A stretch of DNA of 53,738 nucleotides from a virus, in UHGV virus genome UHGV-0115803. One strand, 5' to 3'. This document shows positions 8,704-17,933 of this stretch, piece by piece. Position 1 is the first letter of the stretch. The number at the start of each line of letters is the position of its first letter. The notes beneath the pieces are model-generated. The model worked only from the letters and a program-made list of their open reading frames with translations, ran no database searches and was not told the origin of the DNA. The position numbers and the translations under genes are program-made.

Positions 8704-8950
8704 GTAATCTCAACTCCCTTACACGGTCCACGCCGCTCTCAGTCATTCGAATGGTTCTCACTGCTCCCGGTTCGATATTTAACAAGTTCATGGCTTTCAA
8801 TTGCCATAAATATGAACTGACTGATGATGTTGAGGGGATGCCTGTATTTTTTGATATCTGACGAATCGTTGGTGGATATCCCTTTTTCGTAATAAAGTCA
8901 TCAATGAATAGCAACACTATTTCTAACCGCTGCCGCTTTATCTGTCTCAT
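8690..8950 (-). CDS. LexA N-terminal DNA-binding-domain-only protein (no S24 peptidase domain)
   Basis: KKGYPPTIRQISKNTGIPSTSSVSSYLWQLKAMNLL resembles the LexA winged helix (compare B. subtilis LexA [36 protein letters not shown]). Only 86 aa. Confidence 0.5.
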   Translation of the reverse strand: MRQIKRQRLEIVLLFIDDFITKKGYPPTIRQISKNTGIPSTSSVSSYLWQLKAMNLLNIEPGAVRTIRMTESGVDRVRELRLRDND

Positions 8951-9357
8951 TCTCGAACCTCTTTTCTTTTGGATATAGGCATATTAAAGGGATAGTGAAC
9001 GAATCTGCCGCTTTGTTTTTTTGCCAGTTCAATTACAATTCCCAGTTCGCTGGCGACAATCTTCGCTTTCAGCCGAAAATCTTTCGTTTCCATGCCTTTG
9101 ACATCAACAAGTCGAACAAGCTTTCCTTGATCGTAGAACGCATAATCGGCCACATACTGTGTTTTTTTGATTGTCCATGGATTGATTTTCAGCGTTGGAA
9201 GAATATCCAATCGTTCCTGAAGTTTTAGTTCATATTCATGTTTTCTTGCATACGCGACGGCGATTGGATAATAATCCGCCTCAGCAATCGAATCAAACCA
9301 ACGATCATAGCGATATACTTTTTTGTTACCGTATTTCGATCTTGATTGATACCTCAT
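8947..9357 (-). CDS. DUF1064-family phage protein
   Basis: YGNKKVYRYDRWFDSIAEADYY N-terminal motif. Confidence 0.45.
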   Translation of the reverse strand: MRYQSRSKYGNKKVYRYDRWFDSIAEADYYPIAVAYARKHEYELKLQERLDILPTLKINPWTIKKTQYVADYAFYDQGKLVRLVDVKGMETKDFRLKAKIVASELGIVIELAKKQSGRFVHYPFNMPISKRKEVRE

Positions 9358-9617
9358 GCAGACACCTCAACATTCAGTCGACTCGTGAGAAAAGTAAGAT
9401 AGTAATCAGCATTTGTTTTGCTGTAATCTACTTGTTTAGTGACGTATCGAAGAATATAGCAAGTGATCATTAGGCAGAAGCGGTGTTCGATTTCTTCATG
9501 AGAACAATCAAATCGAACCATCTTTCTTAAACGTTCATAGTACGAACGTAATAATTCTTTCTCATCCTCGTTACTCGCTGTTTCGCCTAATTTGCTAATG
9601 ATTTCGAGAAATCGCAT
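9354..9617 (-). CDS. hypothetical protein
   Basis: ORF. Confidence 0.4.
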   Translation of the reverse strand: MRFLEIISKLGETASNEDEKELLRSYYERLRKMVRFDCSHEEIEHRFCLMITCYILRYVTKQVDYSKTNADYYLTFLTSRLNVEVSA

Positions 9618-10548
9618 CTTCCATACCTCGCTTTACTATTTCTTTTCTCAGTATTTCTATTTCAGTTTCAGTAACTCCGCGGTTACCATACTTCTCAGCG
9701 AAATAGTCGAGAGAAGCATTCCCACTCATCTTTTCTGCCCACCAGTGATCCCAAAGTCTTTTGGTTGTCCAATCATTGCCCCGCTTTTGAGTATTCGAGT
9801 TTCGGGAATAATGTCCGTTTAAGTGCTTTCTTGCTTTTTCAACAGTGTCTATTTTAGATTCTTCCCAACTCTTCAGTATCTGGTTCAAATAATTGTAATT
9901 GCGTGCTCCATGTTTAAGCATGTCATCAATCGCAAGAATCACAATTTCATCTTGACCACCAAAATCGTTTACCCAATGCTGAATGGATTGAGTAATGAAT
10001 GGTGCTTCTGCTGAATTTACTTGATTGAGCCAATAACGCACAGCGCTATCTTCTGAATCTTTAGTATTACTAGATACAGAAGCATTAATATTATTTACTT
10101 TAGTTTTGTTTCCTTTACTTTGGGGATTAATGTTCACATTAACTCCTTCTGCTTGCGAGTTATTGTTAGCATTAATTAAATATGCTGTTGGTTTTGGCGA
10201 TTTCCTTCTCTTTGTCGCTTCGAAAAAATTTGCTTGGATGTTTTCGCTTGTCAAGACCTTAGCCGAGTTAAACAGGTCCTCATCAAAGAATCCCCATGTA
10301 ACTAAGCGGATGACTATTTGCTCTAACAATTCCTTACTTACTCCAGGCAGGCGTTTTAAAAGTGTTGCTCTCGTTAAGTCATTCCATACAACGAAGTATC
10401 CCTTTTTGTATACCGCGCATAACAGCTTGATTACCGCTAACTCACCTTTAATGCCAAACTCCCCAGCAATAGCTTCTATCTTTTCATCTTCAAAAATGTC
10501 AACATCAAGAGGGAAATAATCAAGACCGCTCTTTGTTGGTCTTGCCAC
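9595..10548 (-). CDS. DnaD-like replication protein / phage replisome organiser
   Basis: N-terminal YFPLDVDIFEDEKIEAI...AVIKLLCAVYKKGYF and C-terminal DnaD-like segment. Confidence 0.7.
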   Translation of the reverse strand: MARPTKSGLDYFPLDVDIFEDEKIEAIAGEFGIKGELAVIKLLCAVYKKGYFVVWNDLTRATLLKRLPGVSKELLEQIVIRLVTWGFFDEDLFNSAKVLTSENIQANFFEATKRRKSPKPTAYLINANNNSQAEGVNVNINPQSKGNKTKVNNINASVSSNTKDSEDSAVRYWLNQVNSAEAPFITQSIQHWVNDFGGQDEIVILAIDDMLKHGARNYNYLNQILKSWEESKIDTVEKARKHLNGHYSRNSNTQKRGNDWTTKRLWDHWWAEKMSGNASLDYFAEKYGNRGVTETEIEILRKEIVKRGMEDAISRNH

Positions 10549-10591
10549 AGCTTCACCTCCTACTGTAGAAGGGAGAATTATCTCCCTCTAA

Positions 10592-11521
10592 CTAAAATGG
10601 AAAATCATCGTCTTTATTTGTTGAATCTTCCTTCTCATCAAAAAGTCCAGTCTGCTCTTTACTTTCTGTTTCATCAGGGGATATTTTTTCTGCTTCCTTA
10701 CGCTCTGTTTCTATTGGTTCCACCTCGCTCAGTCTTGTTTCTTCTATCAGATCATCGTTTTCATCCAATCTGAATACTTTTTCATCTGATGTAACGGCTG
10801 TTTGCATTTCAACAGATAGTATTCCCCATTTAGAAAGCATATTTCGAAGCACAGTTTTAATTGCCATTTGATTGTAGTTATCAACCCATGCACCTGACAG
10901 TTTTTCTTTGTCTTTCCCCTTCGCATTCTTGATGCGATGCGACTCAATCTCTTGTTTTGTCCAATAGACTGTTTTTTTGAAACCATTTAACAGTTCGAAG
11001 TAACCAACATATCCAATGACTTTATCTGATTTCTTTGCGTTATAATCGAAAGTGAATTCTTCTGTTAATGGATTCCAATCAACGAGTTGGCCTTCATAAA
11101 CTTCAAGTGCATTCAATGCTTTATACTGCCCTGAGCGTTGAGCTAACTGAATGTAGCCTTTGTACCCAAGTATGAACTGGGCCTCATTGTGAGTAATCCA
11201 CTTGTTTCCTTTCTTTTCGCTTCGATTAAACGGAACAATATATGCGTAACCAAGATTTTTATCAATTGGCAAATCCATTGTTGCTGCTTTTAGAGCAGAA
11301 GCAATAATTGTCATTGGTTCAGCTTTTGCTAAATAATTGTCACCGCCGACTAAAGTCATTAGAGATCCCATGAAAGAATCAGATTTTTCATGAAGAATAT
11401 CTTGGAATTTCTTCTTCATTGTCGGTGTAGCCATCAAAGACTTAAAACCCAGTGACTGAGCATCAACTTCTTGTGTCTTTTGTTCAGTAAGTTGATTCTT
11501 GAGTGTGTCATTTGTTGCCAT
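10592..11521 (-). CDS. recT: RecT-family single-strand annealing protein
   Basis: 309 aa; placed immediately downstream of a YqaJ-like exonuclease gene. Confidence 0.7.
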   Translation of the reverse strand: MATNDTLKNQLTEQKTQEVDAQSLGFKSLMATPTMKKKFQDILHEKSDSFMGSLMTLVGGDNYLAKAEPMTIIASALKAATMDLPIDKNLGYAYIVPFNRSEKKGNKWITHNEAQFILGYKGYIQLAQRSGQYKALNALEVYEGQLVDWNPLTEEFTFDYNAKKSDKVIGYVGYFELLNGFKKTVYWTKQEIESHRIKNAKGKDKEKLSGAWVDNYNQMAIKTVLRNMLSKWGILSVEMQTAVTSDEKVFRLDENDDLIEETRLSEVEPIETERKEAEKISPDETESKEQTGLFDEKEDSTNKDDDFPF

Positions 11522-11522
11522 G

Positions 11523-12521
11523 TTAGTTAATCTCCTTTACTGCTAATTTTTTATAGCAAGATGTTTTATAAATAGAATGATCATTGGCTACTTCTGGATA
11601 CTTCTTTTCTAAAAGATCTTTATTAATCGTTTTTCGATTAAATGACTTCCACGAAATTATTGATTTAGGAGTAATAGCAACTACCGCATTTTGTTTTCCT
11701 AACTCCGATGTAATCTGATTATCGATTTGTTGAATTTTCTTTTTTATGAAAGCTTCATCATCCTTAAGTTGTTTCTTGGTCTCAATCAGCTCATCAAAGG
11801 TACTTGAAAGTGTAATCTCATTTTCGCCTTCTTCTGAATATCGTTCCTTAAGGAAATCGGTAGTTGCATCACTGCCATCTATTGCTGGTTCAATTCCTTT
11901 TAAAACATTCACTTCCCAGAATTCAACTAATCGTTCCGTAATCATATCAATCAAGGTTTGATCACGATTGACCTTCTTCCAAATGAAACGTTGACCACCG
12001 ATTAATACTGCTACATAAGCCCAATCACGATTCAAAACATTCATATAATGTTGTATTTGACACAGGTAACTCATTGGAATCTCGTTACCATCCCACTCTT
12101 TGGATAAAAAAGCATTTGCAGTTTTACATTCTAAAATCGCATTTTCTCCAACTACGTCACGATCAATATTTGCACGAAGAAATGGATGTAAGGGATGTTC
12201 GAAAACTTGATTCCGTCTTCGAACTTTTTTTCCAGTTCGCTCGGTAAACTCTTTCGCTACAACTTCTTCTAGTACATTGCCCCAATACGCTGGTTCACTG
12301 TCCGATTCCTCAATTTCAATTTGACCAGTCTTTTCAAGCCATAGTTGATATGGAGCTTTCCATTTATTCAATCCTAGAATCGTAGCAACATCAGAACCAC
12401 CAATACCTTTTTGACGATCCATCAACCATTCTGTTCTGGTCATGTCCAGTGTAGATTTACTCATCTTCAACCCACCCTTCCATATTTTCAGGATTATCTT
12501 CATCATTGGGTATGTGAACAT
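11523..12521 (-). CDS. YqaJ-like (lambda Exo-type) recombination exonuclease
   Basis: GIGGSDVATILGLNKWKAPYQLW...YVAVLIGGQ motifs; paired with RecT. Confidence 0.7.
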   Translation of the reverse strand: MFTYPMMKIILKIWKGGLKMSKSTLDMTRTEWLMDRQKGIGGSDVATILGLNKWKAPYQLWLEKTGQIEIEESDSEPAYWGNVLEEVVAKEFTERTGKKVRRRNQVFEHPLHPFLRANIDRDVVGENAILECKTANAFLSKEWDGNEIPMSYLCQIQHYMNVLNRDWAYVAVLIGGQRFIWKKVNRDQTLIDMITERLVEFWEVNVLKGIEPAIDGSDATTDFLKERYSEEGENEITLSSTFDELIETKKQLKDDEAFIKKKIQQIDNQITSELGKQNAVVAITPKSIISWKSFNRKTINKDLLEKKYPEVANDHSIYKTSCYKKLAVKEIN

Positions 12522-12650
12522 TCACAAAAATATGACACTCTGGGTCCGCCATTGCGGTATCGTAATCAAACATGTTATAATCCTCCTAGATAAACATTGA
12601 TTTGGGACTTACTTTTGCTTGCCGGCGAGTAAGTCTTTTTTTATGTCTTT

Positions 12651-12848
12651 TCATAATCCCATCACCTTTTTACCAATCGTATTTACTCCAAGTAAGACGG
12701 GTAAAAGAGTTAATGATATTTGCCAGTAACCGACACAGATCGTTCCGAGCATAGCTCCTGTTAATAAAACTTTTGCAGCTCTATATTCGGATTTCTTTTT
12801 TGCTACTTTTAATGGGACTGTTGGTACGTATTCAAAATCATTCCTCAT
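12651..12848 (-). CDS. small membrane protein (65 aa)
   Basis: Two hydrophobic segments. Confidence 0.35.
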   Translation of the reverse strand: MRNDFEYVPTVPLKVAKKKSEYRAAKVLLTGAMLGTICVGYWQISLTLLPVLLGVNTIGKKVMGL

Positions 12849-13159
12849 GCTCTCACCTCGTAATTTCTAGAAGTGTTTCGTTCTTTCCACTCCATCGCTA
12901 ACTCATAAGGTATTCTACAAACTTCTTTCGTACCTGGTCGGGTCGGTGCTGTTTTCTCCATTGGTAGCGGATCAAAAGACCGATCAGTATATCGCTTAAT
13001 AGTTCCAATAGAATATCCCCATCGCCGCGCTAACTCAGACCGGCTAATCATTTCTTGTGTCTTTTTACTAGTTGCGATTTTTTCGTTTCTAAACTCAACT
13101 ACATTTTGCTTCTCGATAATCATCTTTAGTCCCCTTTCATGTATTTCTTCGCTACCCAA
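12845..13159 (-). CDS. excisionase/MerR-like HTH DNA-binding protein
   Basis: ISRSELARRWGYSIGTIKRYT helix-turn-helix. Confidence 0.45.
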   Translation of the reverse strand: MGSEEIHERGLKMIIEKQNVVEFRNEKIATSKKTQEMISRSELARRWGYSIGTIKRYTDRSFDPLPMEKTAPTRPGTKEVCRIPYELAMEWKERNTSRNYEVRA

Positions 13160-13659
13160 TGAGGCATGCGTTTCTTAAATGCAGTACTCACATTCATTCC
13201 CAAAATTTTTAGAATGGAGAATACAATGGATAACTCCACAACAATTTCATCAAGAAATTCCATTACGTACTTTTCAAGATCGGTTTTATCCTCGTTGTTT
13301 AAAGGCTCTAATTTTGACTTGATAAGCAATAATTTTGCTTGTTGTCGTCGTTCTTCTCGCTGCTTGGTTTCTTCCTCTTGCAGGAAATCCAATTCAGTTG
13401 GTGTTAGGATTTCCGCAATCTTTCCATCTAGGGCTTTTAACGTACCTAAGTACTTATTACCCACTTGACTAGCGAAAAGATCATCGCCAACAGCATTGTT
13501 AATCTCTACTGCTTTATTAACTGGAACTTCTTGTGAGCCTTTCGTGTAGCCGTTGAATGTAGAAAATGGGATTCCACTTCCACCAGCAGCTTCCTTTTGT
13601 GATAAATTATTTCGTACCATCAAACTATCCAATTCACTTTTCATATTCACTCGCATCAT
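13126..13659 (-). CDS. hypothetical early protein (HTH-like N-terminus)
   Basis: ORF; LSQKEAAGGSGIPFSTF. Confidence 0.4.
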   Translation of the reverse strand: MMRVNMKSELDSLMVRNNLSQKEAAGGSGIPFSTFNGYTKGSQEVPVNKAVEINNAVGDDLFASQVGNKYLGTLKALDGKIAEILTPTELDFLQEEETKQREERRQQAKLLLIKSKLEPLNNEDKTDLEKYVMEFLDEIVVELSIVFSILKILGMNVSTAFKKRMPHWVAKKYMKGD

Positions 13660-14007
13660 CTCGTCAATACCTCCTTCATATTTCTGAATTTTGTTGTTTC
13701 TATTTCAAATCGATGGTTCATCAATTGAAATCTGACCTAAAAAGATAATCTGTTCGTTTTTATCATTCCCTTAATTCGTTGAATCAGTAATCGTAGATAT
13801 TTCATCCAAAAACGAAGCAAACATGTTTACAATTAACTTATGGTTAAAACATTTCGCAAACCATTGAATCCATTTGTCGATCATCATTTTGACTTTCAAT
13901 TTCAAACAAGTTATTAATAAACGACTCTGGTTTAGTTTCTAAGTAGGCTTTCGTTAAGCGATCGCCTAAACGTTTAAGGATGAACTCGATTTTTTCTTGT
14001 TTTGTCA

Positions 14008-14259
14008 TTAGATCACCTCCTTGCTATTACCTTTTGGCAATTCTGTTTGCAAAATAAAAAGCTTGTCAAAATCAGCTTCAGACAAAGCAAAGGTATTAAG
14101 TAACTTTGCAATCATGTCATTCCCTAAACCTCTACTCCCATTCATAATTCGATAAATAGTAGTTGGTGCAACTTCGAGTTTTTCAGCTAGACCATAAACC
14201 GATAAATCATACTGTTCCATTAGTTCCTGAAGAACTCCATTTTTCAAAACAATTTTCAC
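14008..14259 (-). CDS. Cro-like XRE-family regulator
   Basis: 83 aa, HTH (GLAEKLEVAPTTIYRIMNG), divergent from the cI-like gene. Confidence 0.65.
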   Translation of the reverse strand: MKIVLKNGVLQELMEQYDLSVYGLAEKLEVAPTTIYRIMNGSRGLGNDMIAKLLNTFALSEADFDKLFILQTELPKGNSKEVI

Positions 14260-14279
14260 ACCGCTTCACCTCTCTTTCG

Positions 14280-14375
14280 TTACCTCATGGTAATACTATA
14301 ACACCGAAATTACCTATTGGCAACACTTAATTACCAAAAAGTCAAATTTTATTCGATTTTGTTACCAGTTGGCAT
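14280..14375. promoter_or_regulatory. Four operator-like sites with a TTACC half-site in the cro/cI intergenic region: TTACCTCATGGTAA (perfect palindrome), TTACCTATTGGCAA, TTACCAAAAAGTCAA, TTACCAGTTGGCAT
   Basis: Read directly from the sequence; classic genetic-switch architecture. Confidence 0.55.
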
Positions 14376-14412
14376 TATTATAAATATAGAAATATGGAGA
14401 AGAGGGATTTGG

Positions 14413-14751
14413 ATGGACTTTGGTTCACGATTAAAAGAATTGAGATTAGCAAAAAAATATGGAGTAAATCAATTAGCTCTTAAATCAGGAGTCAGTTCTG
14501 CACAGATTTCTCGTTACGAAAACGGAAAAAGAAAAACCCCTCAAATTGATACTGTGAAAAAACTAGCAGATGCTCTTGATGTTTCTGTATCAGAACTTAT
14601 TGGGAAGTGTTCAGATTCTGAAAGTAATGAGAGATTTAGTCAAAAACAGTTGACTGTTGCCGCGCACATCGATGAAGATACATCAGAAGAAGATATGAAA
14701 GATATTCTTAATTTTATAGATTTCATAAAAAATCGAGATCACAAGCAGTAA
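14413..14751 (+). CDS. cI/ImmR-like XRE-family repressor (HTH only, no peptidase domain)
   Basis: Start moved to the ATG after GGAGAAGAGGGA. LALKSGVSSAQISRYENGKRKTP is a helix-turn-helix. Confidence 0.7.
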   Translation: MDFGSRLKELRLAKKYGVNQLALKSGVSSAQISRYENGKRKTPQIDTVKKLADALDVSVSELIGKCSDSESNERFSQKQLTVAAHIDEDTSEEDMKDILNFIDFIKNRDHKQ

Positions 14752-14780
14752 TTCATTTTAATATCGGTAGGTGTTGTCAA

Positions 14781-15248
14781 ATGTATAACTATGAAGCTTT
14801 AATGTCATTTTTTTCAAATTTGCAGTATAAATTTGAAAAGAAGATGCCCGAAAAACAAAAGGGATTGTATGTCGACAATATAGTTTATCTCAATCCTAAT
14901 CAATCAAGTGCCGAACTAAAAAGTACGATTGCAGAAGAAATTGCGCATCATTACACTTCAGTCGGTGACATATCAAACTATAAAAATCCTGAGTCAAGAA
15001 AACAGGAACGAAGGGCACGGCTCGTAGCGGCTGAGATGACTGTCCACCCTTCCCTTTTGATCAAGGCTTATCAAAAAGGATGTAGAGAGTATTGGGAAGT
15101 CGCTGACGAGCTGGGAATAACCGTAGAAGCGTTAAAAAAGGCAATTGATCTTTTTAAACAAAAATATGGTGAAGGCTTTTGTTTTTTGAATCATAAGATT
15201 ATTTTTGGATCAGGCGATTCAATTAAAGTAGTAAAAATAAAGCAGTGA
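14781..15248 (+). CDS. ImmA/IrrE-like protein (position-based; HEXXH degenerate: EEIAHH)
   Basis: Directly downstream of the repressor as in immR-immA-int arrangements. No canonical HEXXH motif. Confidence 0.35.
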   Translation: MYNYEALMSFFSNLQYKFEKKMPEKQKGLYVDNIVYLNPNQSSAELKSTIAEEIAHHYTSVGDISNYKNPESRKQERRARLVAAEMTVHPSLLIKAYQKGCREYWEVADELGITVEALKKAIDLFKQKYGEGFCFLNHKIIFGSGDSIKVVKIKQ

Positions 15249-15297
15249 TTTACATATAAATTTATATTTGTGATTTCGTATACATGAGGAGGAAGTT

Positions 15298-16194
15298 ATG
15301 GAGACGGTGTTTACCCTTGTTTTTATTATAGGTTGTATTGGAGCTTGGTATTTCATAAAAAGGAGTCCGAATAAACGTAACAGAAATATCTCTTTTGGGT
15401 TGATAACCTTATCAGTAATAATAATTGGTTTCATTCCAACAACCGAGACTAAAGAAGTGACTTCTAAACCTGTAGAAGAAAAGAAAACCAAACAACAGAG
15501 TAGTGCCAAAATTTCAGATTTAGTTTTAGAGACACCTAAAGAAGCAATCTCTGATGATACCGGAGAAGTTAAAATATCAGGAAAAACTTCGCCAAATGCG
15601 GAAGTATCAATTGGAATGGGAATAGTTGGAGATAAAACAACAGCTGATAAATCTGGCGATTTCATGCTTCTTTATGAATTAAGCAGTCCAGAAACAACTC
15701 TTACAATAAATTCAAAACGTGACGGAGATTCAAAAAGCACTAAGATAAAAGTAAAAATGAATGACAATGCACTCTCAGCATTAGAGGAAAAAGAAGCTGA
15801 AGAATCAAGAAAAGCTGAGTCAAAAAACTTGGAAAAGCAAAAGAGCGAAGAAAGCAAAGAAGCTGAACAAAAAAGAACTGAAGATAGTAAAAATGCTGAA
15901 AACCAAAAAAATAGTGATATCACACAACTCGCGGACGAAGCAACACCGCAACAATCGGATATCCTTACTGAATTGGCATTACAACAATTTGACAAATCAT
16001 ACCCTTATAAAGGAAGTAAACTTCATATTGCTATCGGTAAATTGCAAGATTGGACTCAAAAGGATGGAAAATGGTTTGCTAAATACGAGGCAACAATAGT
16101 AAATGCGTTTGATGCAAAAAGAAGTGCTAATGTTGAAGTAACTATAGAACCTGTATCCGAATCCAGCGGTTATGTTTCGTTCCTTGATTATTAA
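15298..16194 (+). CDS. membrane-anchored K/E-rich surface protein (moron)
   Basis: Two N-terminal TM helices followed by a long charged extracellular region. Confidence 0.45.
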   Translation: METVFTLVFIIGCIGAWYFIKRSPNKRNRNISFGLITLSVIIIGFIPTTETKEVTSKPVEEKKTKQQSSAKISDLVLETPKEAISDDTGEVKISGKTSPNAEVSIGMGIVGDKTTADKSGDFMLLYELSSPETTLTINSKRDGDSKSTKIKVKMNDNALSALEEKEAEESRKAESKNLEKQKSEESKEAEQKRTEDSKNAENQKNSDITQLADEATPQQSDILTELALQQFDKSYPYKGSKLHIAIGKLQDWTQKDGKWFAKYEATIVNAFDAKRSANVEVTIEPVSESSGYVSFLDY

Positions 16195-16217
16195 AATAAT
16201 TTGTTGGAGGTGGTCAT

Positions 16218-16772
16218 ATGGTTGATTGGAAGGAATTAGGGAAAAAAACTTTCGATGTCACTAAGAATGTGACCGAAAAAAGTGTTGACTCTTTTCAGGA
16301 GTGGAAAGACGATCCAAAGCGAATTGCTAAAGTTGAAAAGAAAAAGGCTACAAAAAAAGCACGGAAAGAAATTGAGAAGGCTGAAAAAAGAAAGTCAAAA
16401 ACGAAAGACACTTATCACTCTGATTCAAAAAAGACAAATTCAACTATTTTAATCAAACATGCAGGGAAAACTGAGATCAGCCTGACGGATAAAGCAATAA
16501 CAATAAAGAAAACTGGCGGACTTGATATCCATAAAGGTACAAATATAATTCCATTTAGTAGAATTACTTCTATTCAACTAAGACCTGCTACAAATTTTTA
16601 CGCAGGATATATACACTTTAGTATCCCTGGTAGTTATCCTCCAAAAAATGGACTCACTGATGCAGCAGCTGATGTTAACTCTGTTCTGTTTTCAAAAAAA
16701 TATAATGGGCAAATGGAAGAATTAAAATCCATAGTCGAAAAAATAATTTTGAAAGATGAACTGGAGGATTAA
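16218..16772 (+). CDS. hypothetical protein with a bacterial PH-like C-terminal segment
   Basis: K-rich N-terminus; ISLTDKAITIKK...IPFSRITSIQLRP. Confidence 0.4.
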   Translation: MVDWKELGKKTFDVTKNVTEKSVDSFQEWKDDPKRIAKVEKKKATKKARKEIEKAEKRKSKTKDTYHSDSKKTNSTILIKHAGKTEISLTDKAITIKKTGGLDIHKGTNIIPFSRITSIQLRPATNFYAGYIHFSIPGSYPPKNGLTDAAADVNSVLFSKKYNGQMEELKSIVEKIILKDELED

Positions 16773-16773
16773 A

Positions 16774-17832
16774 ATGAAAAAACTTACGATCGCATTAATA
16801 CTCTGCTCTACCCTGCTCTTCTCAGCCTGTTCGAGCAATAAAAAGGCTGATACGACTGATTCGACAAGAACTAAACTTGCAACAACTAGTAGCAATGAGA
16901 AGATAAACAAAGTTACTTTCAATGATGGAGTCTTGGAAACTAAAGTTTACAAATTGAAAGTTGTTACTTCTGAAGTTATTCAGAGTCCATCCGTTTCTAA
17001 CCCAGGGCTTTATGTAACTTTTGAACTGATTAATAAATCCAAGAAGAATATTGTCCCTTACCAAGTTCTTCATGATATATCATTTAAGCAAAAAACAGAT
17101 ACTTCACTTGTTAATATGACCGCTGAATATCATAGCTCTGATGCATTCGGCGAGGATGTCGAAACGGTCAATAAAATCAACAAGCGTAGTAATGATCAAA
17201 ATAATGAATTGCTACCTGGTAAGAGTATCGAAGTATTCGAAGGCTATTCATTAGAGGATAATATTCACGAAGTTCAAATGTTGCCTGATTTTGATAACCG
17301 TAAACAAAGTGAGTTTAAACCCTATATTATCAAGCTAATCGGAAATACAGATTCCGATGCCGAAGGTTCATCATCCTCACCTACAAATCAGAGCGCATCA
17401 CAAGAAGAAACATATGAACAGTTGAAGCAACGAACACTAAAATCAACACCAACTGACCGCGTGAACTGGTCCAACAAAGAATGGGAAGCATTCGGAATGG
17501 CTTTAAGCGAAAATGGATTAGCTATGGATGATAATGGATATGTCATCACTCAAGCTCAAAAAAATCAAGTTGAGGCTGAAAGACAAAAATCAGAGCAAGT
17601 AACTGAATCCCAAGGTGGCCACGGAGCACCAAAGGTTGTCACATCAGAAGCACAAGCAGTTCAGATAGCACAGAGTCAATTCGGTGATAATAACGGAGCA
17701 TGGACTTGGGGTTGTATGTATGAGGACGAACGTGGCTATTTTGTGAAAGCCACTGATCCCAACGATGGTACTATGACACACACTGCAAAGAGTGTTTTCG
17801 TACACTATGATGGTTCTGTTACGGAAAACTAG
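16774..17832 (+). CDS. lipoprotein (DUF4352-like)
   Basis: Start moved to MKKLTIALILCSTLLFSAC (lipobox LFSAC) after GGAGGA. Confidence 0.55.
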   Translation: MKKLTIALILCSTLLFSACSSNKKADTTDSTRTKLATTSSNEKINKVTFNDGVLETKVYKLKVVTSEVIQSPSVSNPGLYVTFELINKSKKNIVPYQVLHDISFKQKTDTSLVNMTAEYHSSDAFGEDVETVNKINKRSNDQNNELLPGKSIEVFEGYSLEDNIHEVQMLPDFDNRKQSEFKPYIIKLIGNTDSDAEGSSSSPTNQSASQEETYEQLKQRTLKSTPTDRVNWSNKEWEAFGMALSENGLAMDDNGYVITQAQKNQVEAERQKSEQVTESQGGHGAPKVVTSEAQAVQIAQSQFGDNNGAWTWGCMYEDERGYFVKATDPNDGTMTHTAKSVFVHYDGSVTEN

Positions 17833-17933
17833 TTTTCAATATCTTATATGTCTTGACTTATTCTATATAACTGGCGACTATCGCTACCTGCCATAAGTGG
17901 GAGTAAAATTTGAATTTATTGGAGGAAAAGAAA

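Noticed and set aside
10747-10986. 79-aa minus-strand ORF nested in the RecT gene
   Set aside because: Alternative frame inside a well-supported CDS.
12606-12645. Plus-strand terminator-like hairpin GACTTACT...AGTAAGTC + T7 in a region with only minus-strand genes
   Set aside because: The structure is real, but no plus-strand gene is evident upstream. It may stop antisense or convergent transcription. Not called as a feature of a specific gene.
14781-15248. Canonical HEXXH zinc-peptidase motif in the ImmA-like protein
   Set aside because: Only EEIAHH is present. The ImmA assignment is kept at low confidence and is based mainly on gene order.
15219-15995. Minus-strand ORFs (148 and 107 aa) antisense to the membrane-protein moron
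   Set aside because: Low-complexity S/L-rich translations of the antisense strand of a K/E-rich gene; no RBS.
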